A stretch of 64,000 nucleotides of DNA, taken from Malacoraja senta (Eukaryota). Of the stretch, positions 1 to 11,169 are shown piece after piece; positions within the stretch are counted from its first letter, which is position 1, and each line of letters starts with the position of its first letter. Position numbers and translations under genes: made by a program. The notes under the pieces were generated by a model, which was not told where the DNA came from, searched no databases, and worked only from the letters and a program-made list of their open reading frames with translations. The stretch spans positions 160,580,001 through 160,644,000 of the forward strand of contig CM075978.1 of assembly GCA_038087875.1 (NCBI GenBank). Direction: 5' to 3'.

Positions 1-550
1 AGCTATCTGTAATAGAAGGCAACAGCTGAAATAAATTACTTGGATGAAATTTGGCAGCATGATAGATAATTGGTAAAAAATAGAATTGCGTTGAACCACT
101 GATCATTCCGACTTCAGTGGCAGTAAAAAAAGAAGTGTATAATCAACTCGATATTTTCATCTTATTGTGGTTTGTTCAACATATCGTTGGTATGTAGAAT
201 TAAGTATAAAAGGATTTTGACTTAACTTGTCTTTACATCATGACATATATTTAACCCAAAGTGGAAATATAAGCCAACATGTCTAATCCTTTTCCTTTGT
301 TTTTTCATAATGCTTAAATAGTACTAATAACAGGAAGAAATTATTCTCCTAGATAAATCAGCATATTTTTCTTCAAATCTATTACTTTTCTTAATAAAAC
401 AGTCCCTGAGCTTAAACAGATTCTGTGGATGACAGGGTGTAATTCCAATGGTTATGTGTTCACTGGCAGATCTCCTCCTTCGGCAGTTCTTCAGCCGTTC
501 TCAAGGGGTTCTCAGGGAATTTCCACGGTGTCAATTGTTTGAAAATTATA

Positions 551-810
551 GGTAGATACACAGCGCTGGAGTAACTCAGCGGGACAGGCAACATCTCTTG
601 AGAGAAGGAATGGGTGGCGTTTCAGGTTGAGACCCTTCTTCAGACCTGGATGAGAAACTGAGTTAATCTCACAGATGGAGTCTGAAGTCTGAAGAAGGGT
701 CTTGACTCAAAATGTCTCCTTTCCGTGTACTCCTGGGGTGTTGCTTGACCAGCTGAGTCACTCCAGTACTTTGTTTTTGCTCGAGATTCCAACATCAGCA
801 GTTCCATATT
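551..810. mobile_element. Penelope-terminus mini-element, inverted pair (degenerate hammerhead cores)
   Basis: gtagatacacagcgctggagtaactcagc...gacccttcttcagac followed by gtctgaagaagggtcttgactcaaaatgtc...ctgagtcactccag in the opposite orientation. Confidence 0.7.
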
Positions 811-944
811 TCTCCATTTTTTTCTGCTAGAACCTGGATTTTCTGTTTTAAACTTTAGATATCCAAAATCTGCACTTTTTCTGCTTTTATCCTTAGTTTT
901 AACTGTGCTGGATCTTGTTTTGAAAAAGACAAGATTTTAGTGAT

Positions 945-1060
945 AAAAGCAAAGAGACACAAAGTGCTGGAGCAACTCAGTGAGTCAAGCAGCACCTCTT
1001 GAGAACATGGATAGGTGATGTTTCAGGTTGGGACCCTTCATTAGAATGGGACCCTTCATC
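945..1060 (-). mobile_element. Penelope-terminus mini-element with probable TSD
   Basis: Single arm (gctggagcaactcag...ggtgatgtttcaggttgggacccttc) flanked by agattttag(t/a)gat at 932-944 and 1061-1073. Confidence 0.6.
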
Positions 1061-1189
1061 AGATTTTAGAGATGTTCCACTTACCTCACTATCACTCCTC
1101 TGATGTCCATGCTCATTTGTTGTCCCCAAATGATTTTGTCTTTATAAGTTCTTCCATACATTTCTAAGTCACTACCTTTCTGTAATATT

Positions 1190-1997
1190 TTTACACCATG
1201 ACCCGTTTGCCACGATCATAGAAAGGGTCCTCTCCAATCACTTTTGCGTACCATTCATCTCCTTTTAATCTCTCCTTCTTCTTTGCTTTTAAAATAAAAC
1301 TCTACTGCTTAATGGAGTTAACCTACAAATAGACTTTTCAACTCGTTTGTTATTTCTTATTCCACAAGATTTGATTCTTTGGTATAATTGATCAGTTCTT
1401 TATCTCCCCAGCTCAATTGCCGCACTTTTTTCCAATAAAATATTTCTTTCTTTTATCCTGGTTGCACTTCATGTCAAAAAGAGCATACGTGGTCTATAAA
1501 TGATTCAACTTGTTAACAGCAGATCTGTTTGCTCTAAAGCAAAAATGCCATATTCTTTCTGTAGCACCGATTGGTTTCTGAACTTACCATTAATACTTTC
1601 ATTCTCACTTCCAAACGCTAACAGCATTGCAGACTTCTTTGTAAATTATATTATATGAAGGAAATCTTTTGCTCACCAACTAAAGCACCCGTCCAAACTC
1701 CTCACTGCTCTCACCATGTTCTCTGCATCTATTTCGAGTTTCTTTGTTTTCTTCTTTCATTACCCCTTTGGGCACTTCTCCATGCAACCTACTCCAATTT
1801 CCTAACGCACTACCATCCTATGCCATGTAAAATACCTCCTTTCCTTCTGCACTGTCTGCTGGCTTTCCAAAACAAAAATATCAATCACCCCTTTAAAAAA
1901 ATTGTTCAGGTAATCCGTTTTTGCAAAAGACATTACATGGTGTAGAACAGAAACTTCCACAGATTGAACTCAATGGTCCAATCTAAGTTTCTGCCCC
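1190..1997 (-). pseudogene. Highly decayed Gypsy/Ginger-like integrase relic (tentative)
   Basis: Minus strand, piecewise across frames, in the expected order: IGPL; IF..FGKP..SAEGKEVF (cf. FGxPxxIxSDxGxEF); PKG..E..N-like; R.KGD...W.GP-like. Confidence 0.35.
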
Positions 1998-2089
1998 TTC
2001 TGCATCACTGAAACAGCCTTCTACTATGCCTTGCATTGATGGTTCATTAAATTATTTGACCATTGAAATGAAGTTTGGTGGTGAGCTTA

Positions 2090-2220
2090 CGTTTGGGAGA
2101 TCTGATTATAATCATGTTGCTTGTAGGAAGTTGCTCTGCAGATTACTGGCACTTTGCTATGGTTAAACTTCAAAGGTATTTCTTTGGTTGTGAAGTGCTT
2201 TGGGATATTCTGGTTTTATG
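2090..2220 (-). mobile_element. Deu-domain SINE relic (SacSINE1/AmnSINE-like)
   Basis: Minus strand cccaaagcacttcacaaccaaagaaatacctttgaagt...gcagagcaacttcctacaagcaacatgattataatcagat resembles the Deu core as I recall it. Confidence 0.5.
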
Positions 2221-2279
2221 TATTGTGGTCTCTTTCTATCTATCTACTACGAAATGTGCCTTATATGTAATTATGACCC

Positions 2280-2670
2280 CAAGACGCCTCCGGGGGTGCC
2301 GCTGAGAAGCCGAGGCCAGAGCCTCGCAGGTCGGAGCCCAGGAGCCTCGCTGTTCGAAGCCATGGAGGCGTCCGGAGAGTTTCTGACGGCAATAGTGGAG
2401 AGGTTGGTGCAGCCAACCGACAGATGAGGATGGACATGTGGACAAGTGAGGACGCCACTGCCGGGGGAAGGAACAAAGGGAGACCCAGCGTGGGAGGACC
2501 GACGCGAGGGGGGAGGGTGGAGAACAAAGGGGGACCCGGCACAGGTGTACTTTGTAACTGCCCTTTTAAGTGCCCTTTATGGATGATTATTTGCATATCT
2601 TGGGTATGCAAAGAATTTCACTGTGACTAGTCACATGTGACAATAAAGTATTCAATTCAATAAATCAATT
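2280..2670 (+). mobile_element. GC-rich non-coding retroposon with a Rex1-type 3' tail
   Basis: GC-rich body with gaacaaagggagaccc repeats, then aagaatttcactgtgactagtcacatgtgacaataaa and a (ttcaa)n tail. Confidence 0.55.
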
Positions 2671-2836
2671 CAGATTTAACCATGTCAGTCAGTGCTCTTT
2701 TGGTTGGTTTCCAATCCTCTATACTCCATACATTTCAACTCATCCAAAATTTGTTTTTTGTTACTGATAATCTGTTACTTCTGTCCTTGGTCATTTAATA
2801 ACCCTTCACATATATTCTCCTTTTTTTTAATTGCTT

Positions 2837-3942
2837 CATAGAAACATAGAAACATAGAAAATAGGTGCAGGAGTAGGCCATTTGGCCGTTCGAGCCAGCA
2901 CTGCTATTCAATATGATCATGGCTGATCATCCAAAATCAGTACCCCATTCCTGCTTTCTCCCCATATCCCTTGATTCCGTTAGCCCTAAGAGCTATATCT
3001 AACTCACTCTTGAAAACATCCAGTGATTGGTCTTCTATGGCAGGGAAATCCACAGATTCACAACTCTCTGGGTGAAAAAGTTTTTCCTCATCTTAGTCCT
3101 AAATTGCCTACCCCGTATTCTTAAACTGTAACCCCTGGTCCTGGACTCCACCAAAATCGGGAACATTTTTCCTGCATTTAGCCTGTCGAATCCCTTAAGA
3201 ATTTTCTATGCTTCTATAAGATGCCCTCTCATCCTTCTAAATTCCAGTGAATATAAGCCTAGTCGACCCATTCTTTCATCATATGTCAGTCCCGCCATTC
3301 GGGAAATTAACCTGGTGAGCCTAAGCTGCACTCCTTCAATAGCAATAATGTCCTTCCTCAAATTAGGAGACCAAAATTGCACACAATACTCCAGGTGTGG
3401 TCTCACCAGTGGTGTGCAACTGCATTGGAACCAACATGCCATTTGCTTTCTTCACTGCCTGCTGTACCTGCATGCTTACTTTCAGTGACTAATGTACAAG
3501 GACACCCAGGTCTTGTTGCACCCCTTTTCCAAATCTGACACCATTCAGATAATAAACTGCCTTCTTTTTCTTGCCACCAAAGTGGATAACCTCACATTTA
3601 TCCACATTATACTGCATCTTCCATGCATCTGCCCACTCACCCAACCTATCCAAGTCACCCTGCAGCCTCACAGCATCCTCCTCGCAGCTCACACTGCCAC
3701 CCAGCTTTGTGTCATCCGCAAACTTGGAGATGTCACATTTAATTCCTTCATCTAAATCGTTAATATATATTGTAAATAACTGGGGTCCCAACACTGAGCT
3801 TTGCTGCACCCCACTAGTCGCTACCTGACATTCTGAAAAGGACTCGCTAAATCCTACTCTTTGCTTCCCGTCTGCCAACCAGTTCTCTATCCGTCAATAC
3901 CCTACCCCCAACACCAAGTGCTCTAATTTTGCACACTAATTC
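2837..3942 (-). mobile_element. CR1 (HER1-like) LINE, RT C-terminus and 3' UTR
   Basis: ORFs with SVLGPQLFTIYINDLD...KFADDTKLGG and RPHLEYCVQFWSP; (catagaaa)n tail at 2837-2860; cut by a gap. Confidence 0.95.
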
Positions 3943-4100
3943 NNNNNNNNNNNNNNNNNNNNNNNNNNNNNNNNNNNNNNNNNNNNNNNNNNNNNNNNNN
4001 NNNNNNNNNNNNNNNNNNNNNNNNNNNNNNNNNNNNNNNNNNNNNNNNNNNNNNNNNNNNNNNNNNNNNNNNNNNNNNNNNNNNNNNNNNNNNNNNNNNN
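3943..4100. other. Assembly gap (158 N)
   Basis: Run of N. Confidence 1.
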
Positions 4101-4179
4101 CAGGTTATTGATTACCCATTTCCCTTTGGTACTCAATTCCAACTAGAAAGAAAGCTGACAGCAGAGCATGTAATCCCAC

Positions 4180-4290
4180 AACATCTTTTAAATGTTTCAC
4201 AGACAATAAATAACTTTTAAAATGTAATAATTGCAGGCACATCACCAGCCAATCTACATTATCAATAGGATAATGATCAGATAATGGGCC
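4180..4290 (+). mobile_element. Possible second Deu-domain SINE relic
   Basis: tttcacagacaataaataacttttaaaatgtaa...cagccaatc...ataatgatcagataat. Confidence 0.3.
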
Positions 4291-4688
4291 AGATGGCCTG
4301 ACCTTCCTGCCTGCATACTTCTTTGTAACATTCATCAGGGACGCCATTTGATGAACATACAATTTAGCTGCAGATGATCGGTTGGTTACTAAGGCAAACC
4401 ACCATTTAATAAAATCTTTGTTGTTCTGACTATAACTTCAACTCTACCATCCCATCTATCTGCAGTAACCTTTCAACTGTTTGCCCTTAAAGTATCTATT
4501 TACCTCTGGCTTGAAAATGTACAAAGACATTATTTCCCCCACCCTTTGAGGAAAAGAGTTCCCAAGACACGCGAGTCTCTGAGATAAAAATATTTCCCTC
4601 ATCTCCGTCTTACATTTGCAAACCATTTTATTTTTAGGCAATGATTCCTTTTTCTCCCACACGTGGAAGTATCCTCTTTACATTCATC

Positions 4689-5159
4689 TCAGAATCTTGT
4701 GCTGTCCTTCGCCTTGTCTTCAAGAATGACGTTGCGGAGATCCTTGCTCCTGAAATCACGATGGCTCTTATCGTACAGTTCACGGTGGGCCTGATACCAT
4801 TCCACCAGGTCTCTCTCTTGTTCCCTGGAAAAATGATAATGCCTTGTGCCCAACCTGTTCTTCGCCGGCGCAGATGGGGCATCAGTCTCCTGAGCCAAAT
4901 CCGAGTCCCATGCAGGGACATAAGCTGGAGCAGGAGATGGGGCAGCAGATGGGGCAGCAGATGAGGCAGGAACTGGGGTGGGAACTGGTGAAGGTGCTAA
5001 GGCAGAAGATAGGGCAGGAGATGGGACAGGTACTGAAGCAGGGGCAGGAACAACAGCACGGACAGAAGCAGTGGCTGGAGCCTCCAGTAGTTTAATGTTC
5101 TCTATAATTACTTTTTTTACTTTTGCCTGCATCGTTTTTTTCATCCTAGTTCTCCTCAT
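4689..5159 (-). pseudogene. MADF/Myb-SANT DNA-binding protein, N-terminal part (Harbinger accessory protein)
   Basis: accATG at 5159, Pro/Ala-rich linker, then FSREQERDLVEWYQAHRELYDKSHRDFRSKDLRNVILEDKAK (MADF-like LYDKxHxD motif); truncated within the domain. Confidence 0.7.
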
Positions 5160-5231
5160 GGTCCTGATATTATGTTTATGTCTCAAGATCTCACGTGGTT
5201 TTAATGTGACCCGGTAAAAGGCGGGCTGATT

Positions 5232-7042
5232 TAAAGCATCATTATTTAAAGCAAATTTTCCCCCATTACTGAATAAACTACATAAGAATATTCAATACTG
5301 GAAAACACTTCCTATCTCAATGGTTGGCAAAATTAATGCCATAAAAATGATTTTTTTACCGCAAATATTATACCCTTTTCAGACAATTCCGATATATTTG
5401 TCAAAAAACTTTAAAAAAAAATTGGACTCCATTGTTAATGATTTTATCTGGGATTATAAGAATCATAGGATAAACAAAAGACATTTGTGTAAATCAAAAA
5501 TAAATGGAGGCTTGGTTTTACCCAACTTTCTGTTTTATTTTTGGGCAGTTAATATTAAAAATATGAATTTCTGGTTGGAAGAAATAGATCAACAACCAGA
5601 TTGGTTAAAAATGGAAAAGGAAGATTGTTTGCCTTTTGATATCGGTTCGATATTATTTGCTACATCCAAATTAAACAAAAAAATGTATAGGGAAAACCCT
5701 ATAATATTTAGTGCCATACGAATTTGGAAACAATTAAAAAATACATTAAAATTAGATAATTTATCACTTTTTCTCCCAATTGTGAATAACCCTTTGTTTA
5801 AGCCCTCATGGTTGGACAGGGGTTTTACACAATGGAAGAATTATGGAATTAAAAATATGGGACAACTTTATAAGGAAGGCACTTATCTGACATTTCAGGA
5901 GTTGCAACCGACTTATGGACTCCGAGGAAATGATTATTTCAGATATCTTCAACTCAGAGATTATGTAAAATCGAATACTCAAAATTTTCGAATTAGAAAT
6001 TCAGAAATTCTTGACGAATGTTGGAATAAACATCCTAATACAGAAAAATTAATATCTTATATATATAATATCTTATTAGACAGTGACATTCCATCGACGG
6101 ACTTACACAGACAAACATGGGAAAAAGAATTAAATCAAATAATAACGAAAGATACTTGGGAAGAAAGTTTACAACACATACATCAATGTTCATTAAATGC
6201 CAGACATTCTTTAATACAATTTAAAGTAATACATAGGTTACATTATTCAAAAACAAAATTACATAAAATCTTTCAACATATCTCACCTATATGTGATAAA
6301 TGTCAACATTTAGAAGCTACCTTATCTCATATGTTTGCAAACTGTATAAAAATTAAAAAATTCTGGGTAAATATTTTTAGTATAATATCTAAAGTGACCA
6401 GCACACAATTGGACCCGGATCCAAAATTAATAATACTCGGAACATTAGAATTAAATCAAACATTTACAACAACACAAAGAAACTTTATTGATTATAGTAT
6501 AATAACAGGAAAAAAATTAATTCTAAAATTTTGGAAAGGCCCTACGTCCCCCACAATCAAAATGTGGATTATAGAAATGACGGAGACCTTAAACGTGGTA
6601 AGAATCAGATTTTCCCTGTTGGACAAACAGGAATTATTCGTTGGAACATGGTCTCCCTTTATTGATTATTTAAAGGGTCAGAATGGTTCAGCACAGGAAC
6701 CTGACTAATACTCGGGCTAAAGAATGGATGAAATGCTATACTCTGAAATGTACGAATATATCTCGAATGAAGTTTTTTATTTTAATAAATTTTTCCATTC
6801 TTCTTTAACCATCTTTTTCTTTTTTTTTTTTTTTTTTTTTCTCTTTTTCTTCTCACTCTTTTCTTTCTTTACTTCATCTATCTTTTTAGTTCTATCTAGT
6901 TTAAAAAAAAAAAGGCAAAAGGTATTGGAGACAATGTAATAATAATTGATAATATTATCAATTTTAAAATGTAAGACTGTAATGATGTTAATAGGTTGTG
7001 TACTTTTCTCCAATAAAAAATATTTTCAAAAAAAAAAAAAGA
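5232..7042 (+). mobile_element. 5'-truncated L1 with 16-bp TSD and poly(A)
   Basis: TSD aaaaggcgggctgatt at 5216-5231 and 7043-7058; T/AAAA target; aataaa plus A-tail. Confidence 0.95.
5233..6708 (+). CDS. L1 ORF2 C-terminal half, uninterrupted
   Basis: Frame is open from 5233 (KASLFKANF...W..LPISMVGKINAIKM); GGLxLPN motif; CCHC knuckle CDKCQHLEATLSHMFANC. Confidence 0.9.
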   Translation, partial: KASLFKANFPPLLNKLHKNIQYWKTLPISMVGKINAIKMIFLPQILYPFQTIPIYLSKNFKKKLDSIVNDFIWDYKNHRINKRHLCKSKINGGLVLPNFLFYFWAVNIKNMNFWLEEIDQQPDWLKMEKEDCLPFDIGSILFATSKLNKKMYRENPIIFSAIRIWKQLKNTLKLDNLSLFLPIVNNPLFKPSWLDRGFTQWKNYGIKNMGQLYKEGTYLTFQELQPTYGLRGNDYFRYLQLRDYVKSNTQNFRIRNSEILDECWNKHPNTEKLISYIYNILLDSDIPSTDLHRQTWEKELNQIITKDTWEESLQHIHQCSLNARHSLIQFKVIHRLHYSKTKLHKIFQHISPICDKCQHLEATLSHMFANCIKIKKFWVNIFSIISKVTSTQLDPDPKLIILGTLELNQTFTTTQRNFIDYSIITGKKLILKFWKGPTSPTIKMWIIEMTETLNVVRIRFSLLDKQELFVGTWSPFIDYLKGQNGSAQEPD

Positions 7043-7789
7043 AAAAGGCGGGCTGATTGACAACGGACGTCGAGCGGCGTCGGGTGATGACGTCATCGCG
7101 CAACGCAACGCGCTAGGCCAACTCCGTCGAGACGGTGGGCGGCGTCGAGGCGGTGCGCGCGGCGTCGAGGCAGCAGCGGGGCGGCAGGCCGTTGCCGCAC
7201 GAGATTTTTGGACAGTGTCACTTTTTCAGAGCTCCGCGCTGTGTCTGGAACAACTCCATACGGCACCGGCGATCTACGTGGGACCGACCCCGCGACCAAC
7301 GCGCGGTCCTCGGGCGGCCCCCGCTTCCTGTTAGGTCGCGCTTGCCGCATGAAATCGCCCGCCCATGGGACAGCTTGCCGCATGAAATCGCCCGCCCGTG
7401 GGACATTCTTCTAAACACCATTGGATGCAAGGCTAGCCTGTTGAAACTTTCCACAGAGAGCAACTCACTTATTCTTGGTATTAGCTGAGGAAACCTCCTC
7501 TGAAATGTTTCCAACTCATTAATACTCTTCCATAAATATGGACATCAAAAATATATGGATGTGATCTCACCAAATGCTCCAGATAAATGAAGCATAATCT
7601 CTGTAATTATATATTTGATTTGCCATTTTGTTACTTTTCCTGATTACATGTGAATCCCCCTATCAGCCTTTTGCAAGTCTTGCACAAGGACACCCAAATC
7701 ACTCTAATGTAGAGTGATTTGGGTGTCCTTTGTGCAAAATCTCTAATGAGATTTGTGATCTCTCATCATTGAGAAAATAAGGTTTTTTG

Positions 7790-7923
7790 TTCCTCAGTCT
7801 GAAGAAGGGTCTCGACCCAAAACGTCACCCATTCCTTCTATCCAGAGATGCTGCTTGCCCTGTTGTGTTACATCAGCATATTGTGTCTATTTTCAGTGTA
7901 AACCAGCATCTGCAAATCCTTCC
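7790..7923 (+). mobile_element. Penelope-terminus mini-element (hammerhead core with G12>A)
   Basis: gtctgaagaagggtctcgacccaaaacgtcacc...ccagcatctgca; flanked by taag(g/c)ttttttg at 7778-7789 and 7924-7935. Confidence 0.7.
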
Positions 7924-8029
7924 TAAGCTTTTTTGGTTGTCCACATTGAACAATTTCACATTTTCTAACATTATTATCCTTTTGCCAGCTCATAGCTGGC
8001 ACATTTAACCCACCTCCAGTAAAACTCTG

Positions 8030-8915
8030 AACCATTATCCAATTATTTGGGAAATGCCGGTGGCTCAGCATCTGTGTCAGCAGATGATGTAGGCCACACA
8101 CCCTTCCAACTCCAAGTGACCCCGATTTCTGTGCTCCCCTTCAATTTGCCAGAGCCTCGGTTCTTGTGCTCCATTTCAACACTATGACCCCCTAGTTCCC
8201 ACACTTGAAGGAGACAACCTCCATCATGTGCATCCCTGGTAACAATAAGATTCTTTGGTCTGTTTGGATGCGGCTCTGGGAGTTGGAAGGGATAGTGGAT
8301 GAGGATTGGGAGAGGTGTTATGAAAATCACCTCTTCTTATCTCTTCCCTTCCCACAATTCAACAACTCCAACAGTCCTTTCACGTGCAACAGTAATTCAC
8401 TTAAACCTCCTTCAATTCACAGTACAAAATTCAATGTTCTTGATTTCGTCATCCGTAAAGTGGACAACACTGGACACAGATTGGGGATCACTTTGTGAGG
8501 AACTTGTATTCAGCCAAAGCTCAGCAGATTTTAAACTTCATGGGAGCTCACATACATACACCTTCGATATATACCTGATTTGACGTCTGAAATTGTTTCT
8601 GTGTGAAACAGACATTAAGCTACATTTGGTGCTTTTTTGGGGGAATTCAACTACACTGTCCCAGAAGGGTGTGTAGTTGAGCACTTCAGGGATATTATAA
8701 CATAGGACAAGGGCCCCATCAAGTACCAGAATTGACTTTTATCCTTCAGCACCACTCCAATCCTCGAGTTTGCTAAGGCCCCGACAACCATTCCACTTAC
8801 TCCCACTGATGATTGGACATTCACTTCTCTAAATTTATCTCAGAAAATCTGAGTGAGAGTCACATGCTGGCTTTTTAATCCACGATGCCCATGCTGGTAA
8901 TCAAGACCTGCTCTA
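8030..8915. mobile_element. Old Penelope-like fragments in mixed orientation
   Basis: Degenerate GIY-YIG-region similarity to the 32050 element on the plus strand, with RT-like remnants on the minus strand. Confidence 0.4.
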
Positions 8916-8919
8916 TGCT

Positions 8920-9770
8920 GCAGAAGGACTTGGGAGAGGTTGGGAGAGTGGGCAGATAAGTGGCAGATGGAATATAGTGCTGCAAAGTGTGGAGTCATGC
9001 ATTTTGGTAGTAGGAATAAAAGTGTAGAATATTTTCTAAATGGGGAGAGAATCCAGAAATCGGGGGTGCAAAGGGACGGGAGTGCTGGTGCAGGATTCCA
9101 GAAAAGTTAATCTGCAAGTCGAATAGGTAGTAAAGAAAACAAATTCAATGCTAGCATTTATTCCAAGAGGGCTTGTATACAAAAACAGGGATGTAATGCC
9201 CTATAAGGCGCTCGTAAGGTCGCATTTGGAATATTGTGAGCAATTTTGGGCACCATATCTGAGGAAGGATGTGCTGGCTCTGGAGAGGGTCCAGAGGAGA
9301 TTTACAAGAATGATCCCAGGAATGAGTAGGTTAACCTATGATCAGGATTTGTCGGCACTGGGCCTGTACTCGCTGGAGTTTAGAAGAATGAGGGGGGACC
9401 TCATTGAAATACAGAATAGTGAAAGGCTCGGATAGAGTGGATGTGGAGAGGATGTTTCCAGTAGTGGGAGAGTCTAGGACTAGAGGTCATAGACTCAGAA
9501 TTAAAGGACGTTCTTTTAGGAAGGAGATGAGAAGACATTTCTTTAGTCAGAGGGTGGTGGAATTCTTTGCCACAGAAGGCTGTAGAGGTCAAGTTAGTGG
9601 ATATTTTTAAGACAGAGATAGATTTGTGATTAGTACAGGTGTCAGAGGTTAAGGGGACAAGGCAGGAGAATGGGGTTAGGAGGGTGAGATAGATCAGCCA
9701 TGATTGAATGGTGGAGTAGACTTTATGGGCCGAATGGCCTAATCATACACCTGTCACTTATAACCTTATG
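8920..9770 (+). mobile_element. CR1 LINE 3' fragment
   Basis: YKALVRSHLEYCEQFWAPYLRKD, ESRTRGHRL and a typical 3' UTR. Confidence 0.9.
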
Positions 9771-9772
9771 AC

Positions 9773-10689
9773 TAGAGCCAGGATGTTTAGGCATTAAAAA
9801 CTGAAATAGGCAGGCAAAAATGCATAATAAAGTGCAAAAAAGGCATGGAAAAAGGCATTTATTGACCAAAAAAGGGCATAAAAAAGCATGTATTTCCACC
9901 ACCAAATTATGGTTAAAATGATAATATAAAGGTATACTACATTAAATGACCAAAGTTGCCAGGTTGTACATAATTACTAGCATTTTTTTCAAATTATCTG
10001 GTGTTAAACTATGCCGTCTGTCAGACAGAATATGCTTCAGTTGTGAAAAAACTCTTTCTACCTCAGCTGAGGTCACTGGTGCATACCCGAAACAAGCTAC
10101 AGACTCTATATTCATGTCGATATCTTGTGCATTACAACTACCTTTGAGAACTTTAGCTATGTTTTGTATTTCTTCAAGATCGTTGTTAGCTAAAATCACT
10201 CTCTCACATTTTCCTTGTATGTCTTTACCTACATCGCCAGGAACTTTACGAATATCGTCAGTTACTTTGTTGAAAACCTGCAAGTTATTCACTAATGTTT
10301 CGCAACGTTTCTCGAGGGAAGTGATAGCTTGAGGGAAATTTGCAAAATGGGAACCAATAAATAGATTTTGGAGGAGACTGAACCAGTGGGCTGCGGCACG
10401 AATGAATGAACGACCGACGGTGACGCCGACGGTTTCGCCCCGGTAGTGGAAATGTTCTTGTAATTTATACTATGTTAACACGTTAATAATAACATTAATA
10501 TTAACGTATTAACATTGAAAACTTCATTGTAATCACGGTACAACTAGAGATAATAGCACGACCTTTTAGCAAAACGGCAAAAAAAGGCTGATTTAGGCAC
10601 TCGATAGTGAAAAAGGCATATTATCTTGGTGAAATCATAAAAAAAGGCATGAAAAGGCTCTCATGGCATTTATGGCAAAATCCTGACTA
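9773..10689 (-). mobile_element. Non-autonomous hAT-superfamily element (internal deletion)
   Basis: ORF 9942-10292 ends YAPVTSAEVERVFSQLKHILSDRRHSLTPDNLKKML (hAT dimerization domain); imperfect TIRs tagagccaggat / atcctgacta; near-TSD cttatgac / cttatact. Confidence 0.8.
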
Positions 10690-10913
10690 CTTATACTAAT
10701 CCCATTTTTTGGTACTCTAAAGCGTTCTTGGCATTGGGGAATGTTTCTCACTACTTACCCCATTCCTCAGCCATCTCTACATCATGGAAAACAAACCCAA
10801 CCTATCCTGTATCCCATCATAGCTGCATTTTCCAGTGCAATTACATTGTTTTTATAGTGTTCTATTTAACTGCACACCGTACGCCAGCTGTGGCCTTATC
10901 AAGGTTTTATATA

Positions 10914-11101
10914 AGGTAGACAAAATTGCTGGAGAAACTCAGCGGGTACGGCAGCATCTATGGAGCGAAGGAAATAGGCAACGTTTCGGGCCGAAACCCT
11001 TCTTCAGACTCCTTCGCTCCATAGATGCTGCCTTACCCGCTGAGTTTCTCCAGCAATTTTGTCTACCGTCGATTTTCCAGCATCTGCAGTTCCTTCTTGA
11101 A
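10914..11101. mobile_element. Fold-back Penelope-terminus mini-element with a hammerhead core
   Basis: Inverted arms; minus-strand CTGAAGAAGGGTTTCGGCCCGAAACGTT; exact TSD caaggttttatata at 10900-10913 and 11102-11115. Confidence 0.85.
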
Positions 11102-11169
11102 CAAGGTTTTATATAGTTGCCTTATAATCTCGCCGCTCTTATTTTCTATGACTTAGCTAATGAACTTCC

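Larger units (their letters stand above)
4690..7405 (-). mobile_element. Truncated PIF/Harbinger-like element carrying a Myb/SANT (MADF) ORF, interrupted by an L1
   Basis: MADF-like ORF, CpG-rich subterminal region 7060-7405, terminus ...cccgtgggaca resembling Harbinger TIRs; sits inside an old CR1. Confidence 0.6.

Noticed and set aside
1880-1930. KNGLPEQFF as a Penelope NGYP motif
   Set aside because: Surrounding motifs fit a decayed integrase better; no other Penelope RT signal.
3929-4142. ORFs made of X residues (also 23323-23810)
   Set aside because: Artefacts of translating N gaps.
6724-7013. Poly-Phe / poly-Lys ORFs
   Set aside because: T-rich L1 3' UTR, not coding.
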